This document shows positions 28,524 to 38,473 of a stretch of 64,000 nucleotides of DNA, one piece after another. The stretch lies in contig OZ241875.1 of the NCBI GenBank assembly GCA_965203325.1, positions 2,848,001 through 2,912,000 of the forward strand. The letters run 5' to 3'. Under the pieces are notes generated by a model. That model saw nothing but the letters and a program-made list of their open reading frames with translations. It made no database searches and was not told the DNA's origin. The DNA comes from a bacterium (GTDB lineage Bacteria > UBA8248). Positions within the stretch are counted from its first letter, which is position 1. Every line of letters starts with the position of its first letter. The position numbers were made by a program, and so were the translations under genes.

Positions 28524-29317
28524 CCGTCCGCCTCAGCCAGAAACGCATCCACGGCCGCGTTCCACTCGGTGTGTGAGCGGCGGTAGCTGTAGTGGCCACC
28601 TTCCTCCAGAATCACGAGCTCAGAACCCGCTATCGCCTTTTGTAAGTCCTGGGCGAAATAGGGCGGGGTGAGGGCGTCGTCCTTGGCGGCGATGATGAGC
28701 GAAGGCTTGTCGATCTTGTGAATCTCGGACGTTCTGTCGTGGGTGAGCGTCATGTCGAGCCGCGCGGTGATGACGTCCACCGGCGCGATGGTGTCTTTCT
28801 GGCGCGCTTCGAGCTCCAGGAGGTTCTCGTACATGTTCACGAACTGCGTCCACCCGCACGTCCAGAGCGAACTGAACTTGATGTATTCCTCGAGCCCGTA
28901 AGCCTCGGCGATCTGCTTGCGCGAGGTCTGGAGGCGCGTCATGTAGGGGTCCGCCGTCGTCCATGTATTGGTGAAAACGCAGCAGCCTATCCGGTCGGGA
29001 TAATCGAGCGCCAGGTTTTGCAGAATGCAGCCTCCAGTTGATGTGCCCGCCACGTGGGCCTTCTCGATTCCCAGCGTGTCGAGCAGGGCGACCGCGTCCT
29101 GCGCGATGATGCCTGTGGAGTAGGCGTCCCTGGGCTTGTCGCTCTCGCCCGTCCCCCGGTGGTCGAAGGTGATGCAGCGGTAGCGCTCCGAGAAATGAGG
29201 CATCTGGAAATCCCAGGCGTCGAGGAGACCCATGAGGCCGGGGATGAACAAAAACGCCTCCCCCTCTCCTCGTTCCGCGTAGTTAAGCTGCACTTCACCG
29301 GCTTGAATGCGTGGCAT
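28520..29317 (-). CDS. Alpha/beta hydrolase (RutD/PcaD-like)
   Basis: DHRGTGES, GTSTGG nucleophile elbow, DDALTP and GGH. Confidence 0.88.
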   Translation of the reverse strand: MPRIQAGEVQLNYAERGEGEAFLFIPGLMGLLDAWDFQMPHFSERYRCITFDHRGTGESDKPRDAYSTGIIAQDAVALLDTLGIEKAHVAGTSTGGCILQNLALDYPDRIGCCVFTNTWTTADPYMTRLQTSRKQIAEAYGLEEYIKFSSLWTCGWTQFVNMYENLLELEARQKDTIAPVDVITARLDMTLTHDRTSEIHKIDKPSLIIAAKDDALTPPYFAQDLQKAIAGSELVILEEGGHYSYRRSHTEWNAAVDAFLAEADG

Positions 29318-29334
29318 GACTTCTCCTTATCGGT

Positions 29335-30348
29335 TTATTCGTTCTCGTCGTTCAGGATTTCAGCCACCTCCACCCGGCGTCCCTCTTTCGCTGAGCGCAC
29401 GCCCGCGCGGATGACGGCGAGTGAGGATGTGGCGGCATCGCCTTCCATCTCGGGCGCAGCACCTCCGCGAACGGCGTCCGCGAACTCCTCAAGCTCCTCC
29501 TTGATGGTGTCGTTTTTCTCACACGCCACCGCTTGGGGCGCCTTCTCGCCCCGGTAGAGGACGCGCAGGCCGTCGAAGAGCGTGTAGGAGGCCGTGGCCG
29601 TCTTCCCGTAGATGTTCATGAGGTAGTACTCGGACGCCGAGGCGTAGCTCGCCGTCAGGTTCGAGATGGCGCCCGATTCGTGCTCGAGGATAAGGTTCGC
29701 CACGTCGGGGTTGTCACCGGGCAGGACGAGTTGCGCCGTGCGGCCCGAGACGGCGGCGATGGGACCCATGATGTAGGTCAGCACGTCGGCGTAGTGGATG
29801 CCGATCTGGAGCATGACGCCGCCCGGCATGGCGTCAGCCTGGTAGCGCCAGTGGCCGAGTTCGAACTGGCCCTCCCTGTCCCTGCTGATGTTGCACTCCG
29901 CCTGCACGAGTCTGCCGAATTCACCTGCGTCTATCTTCTCCTTGATCCAGCGGAAGTGGTTCTCCCGCCGCCTCTGGTAGCCGATGGCGAGCACCACGCC
30001 GGCCTCCGCGCAGGCGCGGGTGAGGGCCTTCCCGTCGGAGACGGTGTGGGCGATGGGTTTGTCGAGAAAAACGTGCTTGCCCGCCTCGGCCGCCGCTTTC
30101 GTGGATTCGAGGTGCACGTGGTTCGGCGTGGTGTTGATGATGGCCTCGATAGAGTCATCCGCCAGAATTTCCTCATAGCTCCCCGCCGGCTCGCAACCGT
30201 ATTTTTTGGCGAAGGCCGCGCGCTTGTCTTCCGAACGCGTGAAGCAGGCGGCGATCTCGATCTTGTCGGTTCGGCCGATAGCGTCCGCCAGAACGTCCGA
30301 CCACCAGCCCATGCCGAGCGAGGCCACCCTCAGGGGTTTGGAACTCAT
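29335..30348 (-). CDS. Gfo/Idh/MocA family oxidoreductase
   Basis: GMGWWS, TPNHVH, GKHVFLDKP and GGVMLQIGIH. Confidence 0.92.
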   Translation of the reverse strand: MSSKPLRVASLGMGWWSDVLADAIGRTDKIEIAACFTRSEDKRAAFAKKYGCEPAGSYEEILADDSIEAIINTTPNHVHLESTKAAAEAGKHVFLDKPIAHTVSDGKALTRACAEAGVVLAIGYQRRRENHFRWIKEKIDAGEFGRLVQAECNISRDREGQFELGHWRYQADAMPGGVMLQIGIHYADVLTYIMGPIAAVSGRTAQLVLPGDNPDVANLILEHESGAISNLTASYASASEYYLMNIYGKTATASYTLFDGLRVLYRGEKAPQAVACEKNDTIKEELEEFADAVRGGAAPEMEGDAATSSLAVIRAGVRSAKEGRRVEVAEILNDENE

Positions 30349-30439
30349 TGTCGGTATGACTCCTTATATAAGCAGATTGAAAAGATGAATCATGTTTTTC
30401 CGGGTATCCTGAAAAGCGGCACGAAGCGATGTCCTGTAA

Positions 30440-30877
30440 TCAGAAAGAAGCGCCCACGGCTTCCACGGCCACGCGCGCGATGGCTTCGTCCTGCTCCCAG
30501 TCGCCCCCGCTCACGCCGATGCCGCCCAGACACTCGCCCTCATAGAGAATCGGGAACCCGCCCTCCATCGCCGTCCATCGATCGGGACCCGCGGCGAGGG
30601 CCAGACCCAGGGCATGGGCGGTGTCGAGATGTTGCGCCTGCGCGCCCTGCGTGGTGGTGGGCCGCTTGTTCGAGGCCGAACAGACCGCCTTGGTGGTGGA
30701 TGAGTGAACGGTATGAAAGCGCCCACCGTCCATGCGCTCGAGCAGGACGAGGTGTCCGCCCGCGTCGGCGATGGCCACGGTGACGGGGATGCCGAACTCC
30801 TCCGCCTTGGCGATGGCGGCGGCCATCATCTGCTTGGCCCCCTTGGTGGTGAGTCGATGGGTACGGGCGAATGGCAT
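30440..30877 (-). CDS. GlcG/HbpS family heme-binding protein
   Basis: VAIADAGG, RMDG, GGFPI and GGIGVSGG...D. Confidence 0.92.
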   Translation of the reverse strand: MPFARTHRLTTKGAKQMMAAAIAKAEEFGIPVTVAIADAGGHLVLLERMDGGRFHTVHSSTTKAVCSASNKRPTTTQGAQAQHLDTAHALGLALAAGPDRWTAMEGGFPILYEGECLGGIGVSGGDWEQDEAIARVAVEAVGASF

Positions 30878-31044
30878 GTGTACATCTCCTGTATCTGTGG
30901 GCTACCCGTGAAGCGAGCGAAATTTTCCTCTTTTAACAATTCATCCGTCTTTTGTCGACGATTCGGGTCTTGCGTCCGCACAGCCCTTGCGACGGAGCAA
31001 GGCCTCCTCCATGATGCGCGCACTTGCGGAAGAGGAGAACAGGA

Positions 31045-31818
31045 GTGTCAGGCGTCGTTTCGTTCATCGAAGAGATTGCGCACAAGGCGGGCGCGCGCGC
31101 AGTGGAGTTGTTCGGCTGCGTGGAGGCGGAACCCAAAGGGCGCAGCATCGTCTCGCGCGCCGACAGGGAGGTCGAGCGCATGATCATCGGAGAGATTCGC
31201 GCGGCGTATCCAGATGATCCTGTCTTGGCGGAGGAAAGCGGCGTGAGCGGCGCGGGCGATATTGGGCCGGATACCCGCTGGTGGGCGATAGACCCCATCG
31301 ACGGCACGGGCCCCTATCTCAAGGGACTTCCCTTCTGGGCGGTGTCCATCGCGTGTCTGAGAGGCTCGCGCGTCGAGGCGGGCGTCGTCCACATGCCCGC
31401 GATGGGGGAGACCTTCACGGGAGACGCCAAAGGCCCCGCACTGAGAAACGGCGCGCCGCTGCCGCAAGTCGGCCAGGAAGTACCCGGCGCGCACGATTAT
31501 CTCTTCGTGCCGTGCGCCGAGGTGGAAGGCCTCTCGCACCGATACCCCGGGCGCTTTCTGGCGCTGGCCTCCGCCGCCTGCCATATCTGCCTCACGGCGG
31601 CGGGTTCGGCATTCGGTACGCTGATGGAGCCGATACGCGCCTATGACTTCGCCGCCGGGGCGCTCATCTGCGAGCGCGCAGGGGGTGCTGTGCGCTATCT
31701 CTCGGGAGCGGAGATCGACTACGCCGCGCTGGCCGACGGACGCCGCGCGCCCGAACCCGTCCTCGCCGCGCCTGAAGGGCAGTTCGACTGGCTTAAGAGC
31801 AAGGTTTCCTGGGGGTAA
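31045..31818 (+). CDS. Inositol monophosphatase family protein
   Basis: LAEES, WAIDPIDGT and YDFAAGALICERAGG. Confidence 0.9.
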   Translation: MSGVVSFIEEIAHKAGARAVELFGCVEAEPKGRSIVSRADREVERMIIGEIRAAYPDDPVLAEESGVSGAGDIGPDTRWWAIDPIDGTGPYLKGLPFWAVSIACLRGSRVEAGVVHMPAMGETFTGDAKGPALRNGAPLPQVGQEVPGAHDYLFVPCAEVEGLSHRYPGRFLALASAACHICLTAAGSAFGTLMEPIRAYDFAAGALICERAGGAVRYLSGAEIDYAALADGRRAPEPVLAAPEGQFDWLKSKVSWG

Positions 31819-31819
31819 T

Positions 31820-31898
31820 GTGGGGGGAGGACACACAGGTCCTCCCCTACGAATGCGGAGCGTTCTCGCCGTAGGGACAGGTCGCGACCTGCCCCTAC
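31820..31898. repeat. Pair of GTAG-type REP-like palindromes
   Basis: gtggggggaggac-acacag-gtcctcccctac (31820-31850) and gtagggacaggtcgcgacctgcccctac (31871-31898); the first 20 nt of the latter recur exactly at 52116. Confidence 0.75.
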
Positions 31899-31957
31899 AA
31901 TTCCTCTACTTGCAGGGGGTCTTATACGGACTTTTTCAGCAACCCCTTACGCCAAGT

Positions 31958-32761
31958 CTACATCCACATGCCCGCGCGCTGCATCATCTGGTCGAGCTGG
32001 AAACTCACGCGGTCCGCGCACTCGAACGGCGTGGTGTGGCCCGCGCCTTCCACCAACTCGATGACGGAGGCGCTCAGCCCCTCGTGCAGGGCGGTCATCT
32101 GCGCGTGCGGCACTAGTGCATCGCCCGTGCCGCCGAACACCATGCAGGGAACGGCGATTTCGCCTAAGCGCGGCGTCAACTCCTCGCGCCTCCTGAGCGC
32201 GTCGATGAGCAAGGCGATGGAATCGGGAACCTGGGAGAGCACGACCTTCTCCGTTGCCTCGATTTCGAGCGGGTGGGAGGCGATGTAGTCGGGCGCGAAC
32301 AGGCTCTCGATGAAGTGCCCCGCGAAGCCTGCCATCCCCTCGTCGATGACGGTCTGCATGTGCTGCAGTCGCACCTTTTTTCCTTCTTCGGTATCCGCCG
32401 TCGCCCGGGTGCTGATGAACCCGCACGCGCGCACCCGGAGCGGGTGGCGCAGCACCATCTCGAGCAGGATGTAGCCGCCCAGCGAAAAGCCCGCCACGGC
32501 GGCGGCGCTGATGTCGAGCGCGCCCAGAAAAGCCGCCATGTCGTCGGCCATCATCGCGACCGAGATGGGGCCGCCCGTATGCGGCGTCCGCCCCATGCCG
32601 CGCAGGTCGGGGCACAGGAGGCGGTAGCTTCTCTGCAGCGCTTCGACCTGGCGGTCCCAAATGGTGTGATCCAGCGAAAAGCCGTGCAGGAGCAGGAGCG
32701 GCGGCCCGCTCCCCGATTCCTGGTAGGCGATATCGATTCCGTTCACGGATACGGTTTTCAT
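31958..32761 (-). CDS. Alpha/beta hydrolase (PcaD/3-oxoadipate enol-lactonase-like)
   Basis: LLHGF, PDLRGMG, GFSLGG, GDALVP and GAGH. Confidence 0.9.
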   Translation of the reverse strand: MKTVSVNGIDIAYQESGSGPPLLLLHGFSLDHTIWDRQVEALQRSYRLLCPDLRGMGRTPHTGGPISVAMMADDMAAFLGALDISAAAVAGFSLGGYILLEMVLRHPLRVRACGFISTRATADTEEGKKVRLQHMQTVIDEGMAGFAGHFIESLFAPDYIASHPLEIEATEKVVLSQVPDSIALLIDALRRREELTPRLGEIAVPCMVFGGTGDALVPHAQMTALHEGLSASVIELVEGAGHTTPFECADRVSFQLDQMMQRAGMWM

Positions 32762-32906
32762 TGCGCGCTCCCATCGTGTCTGAACCGGCTTGTAGGCGCC
32801 GAGTTGTTTTTAGAGGCCACGATTCTAGCACAGCAAGGAAAGCGCCGGAACGCGGGGAGGAATGGGGGAGGCTTGAGGCGAGTTATTAGTCGGACCTGCT
32901 GGTTTC

Positions 32907-34148
<1,242 letters not shown>

Positions 34149-34326
34149 CTTTTCTCCAGACGATTCAAAGTGTGTCTCATGAACCACCGATCTTGGGCGG
34201 TGAGCGGTTCGATGTCAACAATTGCGCAGAGAAGCGTTTTTTTGTTATCCATGCGGGAGATTTGGTGGTATGTATTGGTTCGTTTTTGTTCCAAGCGTTT
34301 CATCGCCCGCATAAGGAAAACCCGAG

Positions 34327-35034
34327 TTGAACGGCAAGACGAAAATCCTGTGGACGGCGGGGCTGTGCCTGCTGGCGGCGGCCTTGCTCGCCTACCTCTT
34401 CTGGGGGCAGATAGACGACGCCTGGGCGTACCTGGTGAAGCTCCAGGACAAGAAAGAGCGGTTCAGGGACTGGATTTGCTCCTTCGGCCCCTGGGGGCCG
34501 GCCGTGTTCATCGGCGTACAGGTGCTCCAGGTGGTCTTCTCCCCCATACCGGGCGAGTTGACGGGTTTTCTGGGCGGCTACGTCTACGGCGCGCTCACAG
34601 CGACGATCCTGAGCACCATCGGCCTGACGATAGGCAGTTTCCTCGCGTTCTATATCGGGCGGAAGCTCGGGCGTCCCTTCGTGGAAAAACTCATACCGCC
34701 CAAAATTCTGGATAAATTCGACTTCCTCATCACGAACAGGGGCGCGTTTCTCGCCTTCGTCTTCTTCTCGATTCCCGGCTTCCCCAAGGACTACATGTGC
34801 TACCTCCTGGGTCTGAGTCCGCTCAGGACGCTGACGTTCGTGATCATCGCGTGTCTCGGCAGAATCCCCGGCACCATCATGCTGGGGGTCCAGGGGGCGG
34901 GGATGTACGAGGAGCAATACGGCCTGGTGGTCGCGCTTCTCATCGTCGCCGTGGTGGCCGGGGCGGCGGCGGTCTACTTCCAGGAGCCTCTGAGAGAATG
35001 GCTCAAGGAAAAGGCCGGCCGGGGTGAGACGTAA
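34327..35034 (+). CDS. TVP38/TMEM64 (DedA/VTT) family membrane protein
   Basis: QVVFSPIPGE, GGYVYG, IPGFPKD and GRIPG. Confidence 0.92.
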   Translation: MNGKTKILWTAGLCLLAAALLAYLFWGQIDDAWAYLVKLQDKKERFRDWICSFGPWGPAVFIGVQVLQVVFSPIPGELTGFLGGYVYGALTATILSTIGLTIGSFLAFYIGRKLGRPFVEKLIPPKILDKFDFLITNRGAFLAFVFFSIPGFPKDYMCYLLGLSPLRTLTFVIIACLGRIPGTIMLGVQGAGMYEEQYGLVVALLIVAVVAGAAAVYFQEPLREWLKEKAGRGET

Positions 35035-35123
35035 GACGAATCAAGGGCGGCCACACACCGAATCACGTAATCAGGAATTTTCCACAACCCCCATTGGCCG
35101 CAATTCGGCGGCAATCCCGGCCC

Positions 35124-36008
35124 TTATGAAACTCCCAGATAGAGCAGAAGCAGGGGTATGGTGACAAGGCTCAGCGCCGTGCCCGTGAACACGATGGAGG
35201 CGGCCAGCGACCCCTCATCCCCGTAGCGTTCGGCGAAGATGTAGTTCAGCACGGCGGGCGGGCTGCACGACATCAGGAAGAGCGCCGCGCGGAACGCGCC
35301 CGTGAGCGCGAAGGCTTCCGAAAGCACCCATGCCAGCACGAAGCCGAGCCCGAACCGGAGCGCCGCCACCAGGAGGCTGATTCTGAAATCCGACGCCCGG
35401 ATGGAGCGGAGCCTATAGCCCAGCGTGAAGAGCTCCACCGGGAACATCCCGCGTCCGGTCAGATGCGAGAAGCGCAGGATGAACTTGGGCACGGGAATCG
35501 CCGCCATCGCCACTACGATGCCCAAAATCGCCGCGTAAAGGGCGGGCATTTTGAGGGGCTCCCTGACGCTCGCGCCGCCGCCGTAGGCCATGATCCCCAG
35601 GGTGAAGGAGATAAAGACGTTCGGTATGGAGAGCAGCACCACGTACGCCAGACCCTCCTCGCCGAAGGCCAGAAGCGCCAGGGGATAAGGCAGCGAGACG
35701 GAGTTCATGAGCATCACGCTGGGCACGAAGGGGCGTTGCGTCATGCCCGCCCAGCGTTTGACGGCCAAGGCGACGGCGCCCGGAATGATATGAATCAGCG
35801 TCGAGATGACGCCCGTCTGGATCAACTCCTCCCACATAATACGCTGCCGCGCCAAGGCGTCGAACATCACGGCGGGAGCGAGGAGGAACAGGACGAGTTC
35901 GGCCAGTACCTTGGGGTCGAGCTTTTTCCACCGGCCGTAGAGGAAGCCGACCCCGATCACGGCCATGACCGGGAAGACGATGTTCAAAAGCGGCAATACG
36001 GAAGACAT
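35124..36008 (-). CDS. AEC (auxin efflux carrier) family transporter
   Basis: IVFPVMAVIGVG, LAFGEEGL, LFTLG and PPAVLNYIFAERY. Confidence 0.9.
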   Translation of the reverse strand: MSSVLPLLNIVFPVMAVIGVGFLYGRWKKLDPKVLAELVLFLLAPAVMFDALARQRIMWEELIQTGVISTLIHIIPGAVALAVKRWAGMTQRPFVPSVMLMNSVSLPYPLALLAFGEEGLAYVVLLSIPNVFISFTLGIMAYGGGASVREPLKMPALYAAILGIVVAMAAIPVPKFILRFSHLTGRGMFPVELFTLGYRLRSIRASDFRISLLVAALRFGLGFVLAWVLSEAFALTGAFRAALFLMSCSPPAVLNYIFAERYGDEGSLAASIVFTGTALSLVTIPLLLLYLGVS

Positions 36009-36215
36009 GCGTTTCTCGAGAATCCTTTTTGTTCCGGAAAGAGGCTGAGTATACATACCGTTCCTTCGGGTGGCCATCCCGGTGGGGCGGCTGCTCCGCC
36101 GGGCGCGCCGCTTGAGCCGGGAAGAATTTGCGCAAGGGCGCGGGGACGCGGTAGCCTGCGGGCGGTTTCTCGTTGCTTCAATACGCCATGCCATACATTT
36201 TCTTGGGAGTGAAAC

Positions 36216-36653
36216 ATGCCGAAAGTCGATCATCTGGGCTACGCCGTGAGCAATCTCGATGAGAAGAAAAACGTGATGGAGGATTTGCTGGGCTTCCAGT
36301 TTCTGGAGAGAAGGGTGTATGAGCGGCCCGGCAACACCGCTCGCCTCGATTTCTACGAGGCCGAAGACGCGGTGATGGAACTCGTGGAGATGAGCGACCC
36401 CGAGGCACCGCTCAACCGGTTCATCGCCTCACGCGGCGAGGGACTGCACCATATCTGTTTCGTCGTCGATGACCTGAGGGCCACGATGGCCGAATGGGAG
36501 GCGAAGGGAGTCGAGTTCGTCCTCGCCCCCACCTACGGCTCGCGCGGCGGGGTCATCACCTTCACGAACGCGGCGACCACGGGCGGCCTCGCGGTGGAAC
36601 TGGTGCAGTACGTCCCCGAAGGAGAGGAGGTTCCTGACTGGGCGCAGAAGTAA
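36216..36653 (+). CDS. Methylmalonyl-CoA epimerase-like VOC protein
   Basis: VDHLGYAV, MELVE, RGEGLHHICFVVDD and GGLAVELVQ. Confidence 0.85.
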   Translation: MPKVDHLGYAVSNLDEKKNVMEDLLGFQFLERRVYERPGNTARLDFYEAEDAVMELVEMSDPEAPLNRFIASRGEGLHHICFVVDDLRATMAEWEAKGVEFVLAPTYGSRGGVITFTNAATTGGLAVELVQYVPEGEEVPDWAQK

Positions 36654-36838
36654 GGAAGCGCCATTCGCATAACCCGCACCACGCGCCCGGCTTGCCTGCA
36701 AGTAGAGAAAAGACGTGCTCGCGGTGCGGGTATGCGGCCTGCCGGGGGAGAAGGGATTATATGTACCTTCTTATACTTTGGATGACGCGGGGTTGATGAA
36801 AGAATTCGCCAAGTCCGAACGAAAGCCTCATTTTTCGC

Positions 36839-36867
36839 TTGACAAGCAAGGTCCAATCCCCCACTAT
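36839..36867 (+). promoter_or_regulatory. Sigma-70-like promoter in front of the candidate ncRNA
   Basis: Perfect TTGACA, 17-nt spacer, CACTAT; predicted +1 near 36874-36875, where the first helix starts. Confidence 0.55.
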
Positions 36868-36874
36868 TTCACCC

Positions 36875-37404
36875 GGCATACAATCCACGTGTGGTCGATC
36901 TCACGGGCTGCCCGCTGAATACAAGACGACTCTTCCTGAGAGTTGAAATAGGCGGGAACCCACATTTCTTCCAAAACGTGGATTGTATGCCAACCAGCCC
37001 GTATTTCATCCGTGGGTTCGGGTGAATCAATCCGCGTGTGGATTGGGAAGGATTGTATGGGTCGAGCTAGTTCATGATGAACATACCTATCTAAACCATA
37101 TAAAGGCGGCTTTTTCAGGAAACTGATGACAGGGATGCACTATAGCGAAAAATGACTGGTTGGTCAAATAGGGAAGCCGGTTGCCGCGTCGTAGGTGAAG
37201 AAGCGGTGCCGGTTTCTAGCGGCGGCCGGAAAGGGCGATGGGGCGGGTTTCAAAAGCGCCTCCGGAGCTCAGGCAAGAAGATGAAGAATTTGGGGGTTAC
37301 TCATTAGCTGCTTGACCTCGTGGAGTAGCGAGTACCGTTCCGGGTTCGAGTTGGGTCCTCAGACCCGCAACGGGAATAATGAGTAACCCCCTCCTTCTTT
37401 CATC
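36875..37404 (+). ncRNA. Candidate large structured non-coding RNA of unassigned family (may extend to about 37477)
   Basis: No credible ORF; perfect helices 36875-36890/36976-36991 and 37292-37306/37377-37391; crossing pairings; GAAA tetraloop; AGUA/GAA loop-E motif; G-U pairs favour the plus strand. Confidence 0.65.
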
Positions 37405-37631
37405 GATGCGTACTCGAAAGCAGATTCCAATACGAGCGACTTTCGCGCCGGCTCCCCGGGTCGGGGGCGAGCATCCCCATTATAGTCTCATCTTGTCGCC
37501 GATTGCGAGTTTTTTCCCGAACGCGGGTTTCGCTCCTCGGCGCCGGCCGCTTCCGGGGTACACGGCGAGGGGCCTGTTTTCGGTTTTCGTGCGGCCCGCC
37601 GAGGGGGGAGGGCTGCATTCCGAGAGGGTGC

Positions 37632-37640
37632 TGGTATAAT
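37632..37640 (+). promoter_or_regulatory. Extended -10 element (TGGTATAAT) upstream of the DUF5678-like gene
   Basis: TGnTATAAT about 65 nt before ATG 37707. Confidence 0.5.
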
Positions 37641-37706
37641 GAATTTTGCTCTCTTCCGTGTTTTTGGCTAACCGGCTGAATTCGCGATTTGTTCGGGAGG
37701 CTCGCC

Positions 37707-37952
37707 ATGGAAAATGGATTGAACGATGAATTTGAATACTATTTGGAAAACCAGCTCGATCTCACCGAGAAGTATGAAGGCAGATATATCGTAATCAAAA
37801 ATCGCAATGTGATCGGAGACTACGATACCAAGAGAGCTGCAATCGAAATGACGATGAAAATGCATATGTTGGGCACTTTTCTGGTGCAGAAATGTAGCAG
37901 TGACCCCAACAGCATAAAAAAAAGGTTTCTGTCGCGGGCCTATTTTTCGTAA
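37707..37952 (+). CDS. Small DUF5678-like protein (81 aa)
   Basis: GGAGG RBS; EFEYYLENQLDLTEKYEGRYIVIKNRNVIGDY...GTFLVQKC; AT-rich. Confidence 0.75.
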   Translation: MENGLNDEFEYYLENQLDLTEKYEGRYIVIKNRNVIGDYDTKRAAIEMTMKMHMLGTFLVQKCSSDPNSIKKRFLSRAYFS

Positions 37953-38415
37953 TGTTCAAAAAGAAAAGTTCTGCTTTCACGACATATTGCCGAGGATATG
38001 AAAACGTCCTTTCCAATCTGGTCGAGGTCGCGCCTGCTTATGACCCCGAGTTAGGTTTCTCCAGGTCTTTTTCAGGAAATACAGAGCGGTTTCGGATACA
38101 GGCGCCACGCACAGCGCGATAACGTCGCAAGTGGTTCGGGATTTCGCCTTGCGAGCTACTGGCATGGCCGTCGTTTATGACGCCACCACTACGCAAAATG
38201 TCCATACGTATTCAGTCAATATCTTATTACCCAACCATGTTGAGTTTTCCGATTGGGAAGTGACCGAGGCGGGTGGACTTGTTGGCGATGAAGACATCCT
38301 GATTGGTATGGATATTATCGGGGCCGGTGATTTCGCGGTTAGCAATAAAGAACGAACGGTATTCACCTTTCGCTATCCTTCACAAGAAGAGATCAGTTTT
38401 TCCAAGCAAGGCTAA
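37952..38415 (+). pseudogene. Retropepsin-like (clan AA) aspartyl protease split by a -1 frameshift
   Basis: ATG 37952 is coupled to the upstream TAA; its frame reads MFKKKSSAFTTYC...APAYDP and then stops early. DTGAT and DILIGMDIIGAGDFAVSN lie in the -1 frame, open from 38044. Confidence 0.8.
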
Positions 38416-38473
38416 GCTCCCACGCATTCTACCGGGAACATGGCGCAATGATTCAATGGGCCCCTCTCCCGCG

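Noticed and set aside
37074..37126. ATGATGA and CTGA box C/D-like words (TIGR or sRNA-like)
   Set aside because: Single occurrence with no periodic array and no Nop-domain gene nearby; both words sit inside local hairpins.
37123..37170. CTGATGA...GAAA hammerhead-like core
   Set aside because: Stem II does not close with the usual R-Y pair, and stems I/III and the cleavage triplet do not form convincingly.
37166..37216. aatagggaagccggt resembles the cobalamin riboswitch core
   Set aside because: The following T-loop hairpin, CCCGC-ACUGU and B12 box are missing, and the segment pairs with gccggtttc instead.
37379..37708. ORFs 37379-37639 (+) and 37400-37708 (-)
   Set aside because: No recognisable domain or convincing RBS; they overlap the structured region and the downstream promoter.
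38416..38460. ...PGTWRNDS after the protease, reminiscent of a SEC-C motif start (GRND)
   Set aside because: No CPCGS cysteines and a different frame; too weak to call.
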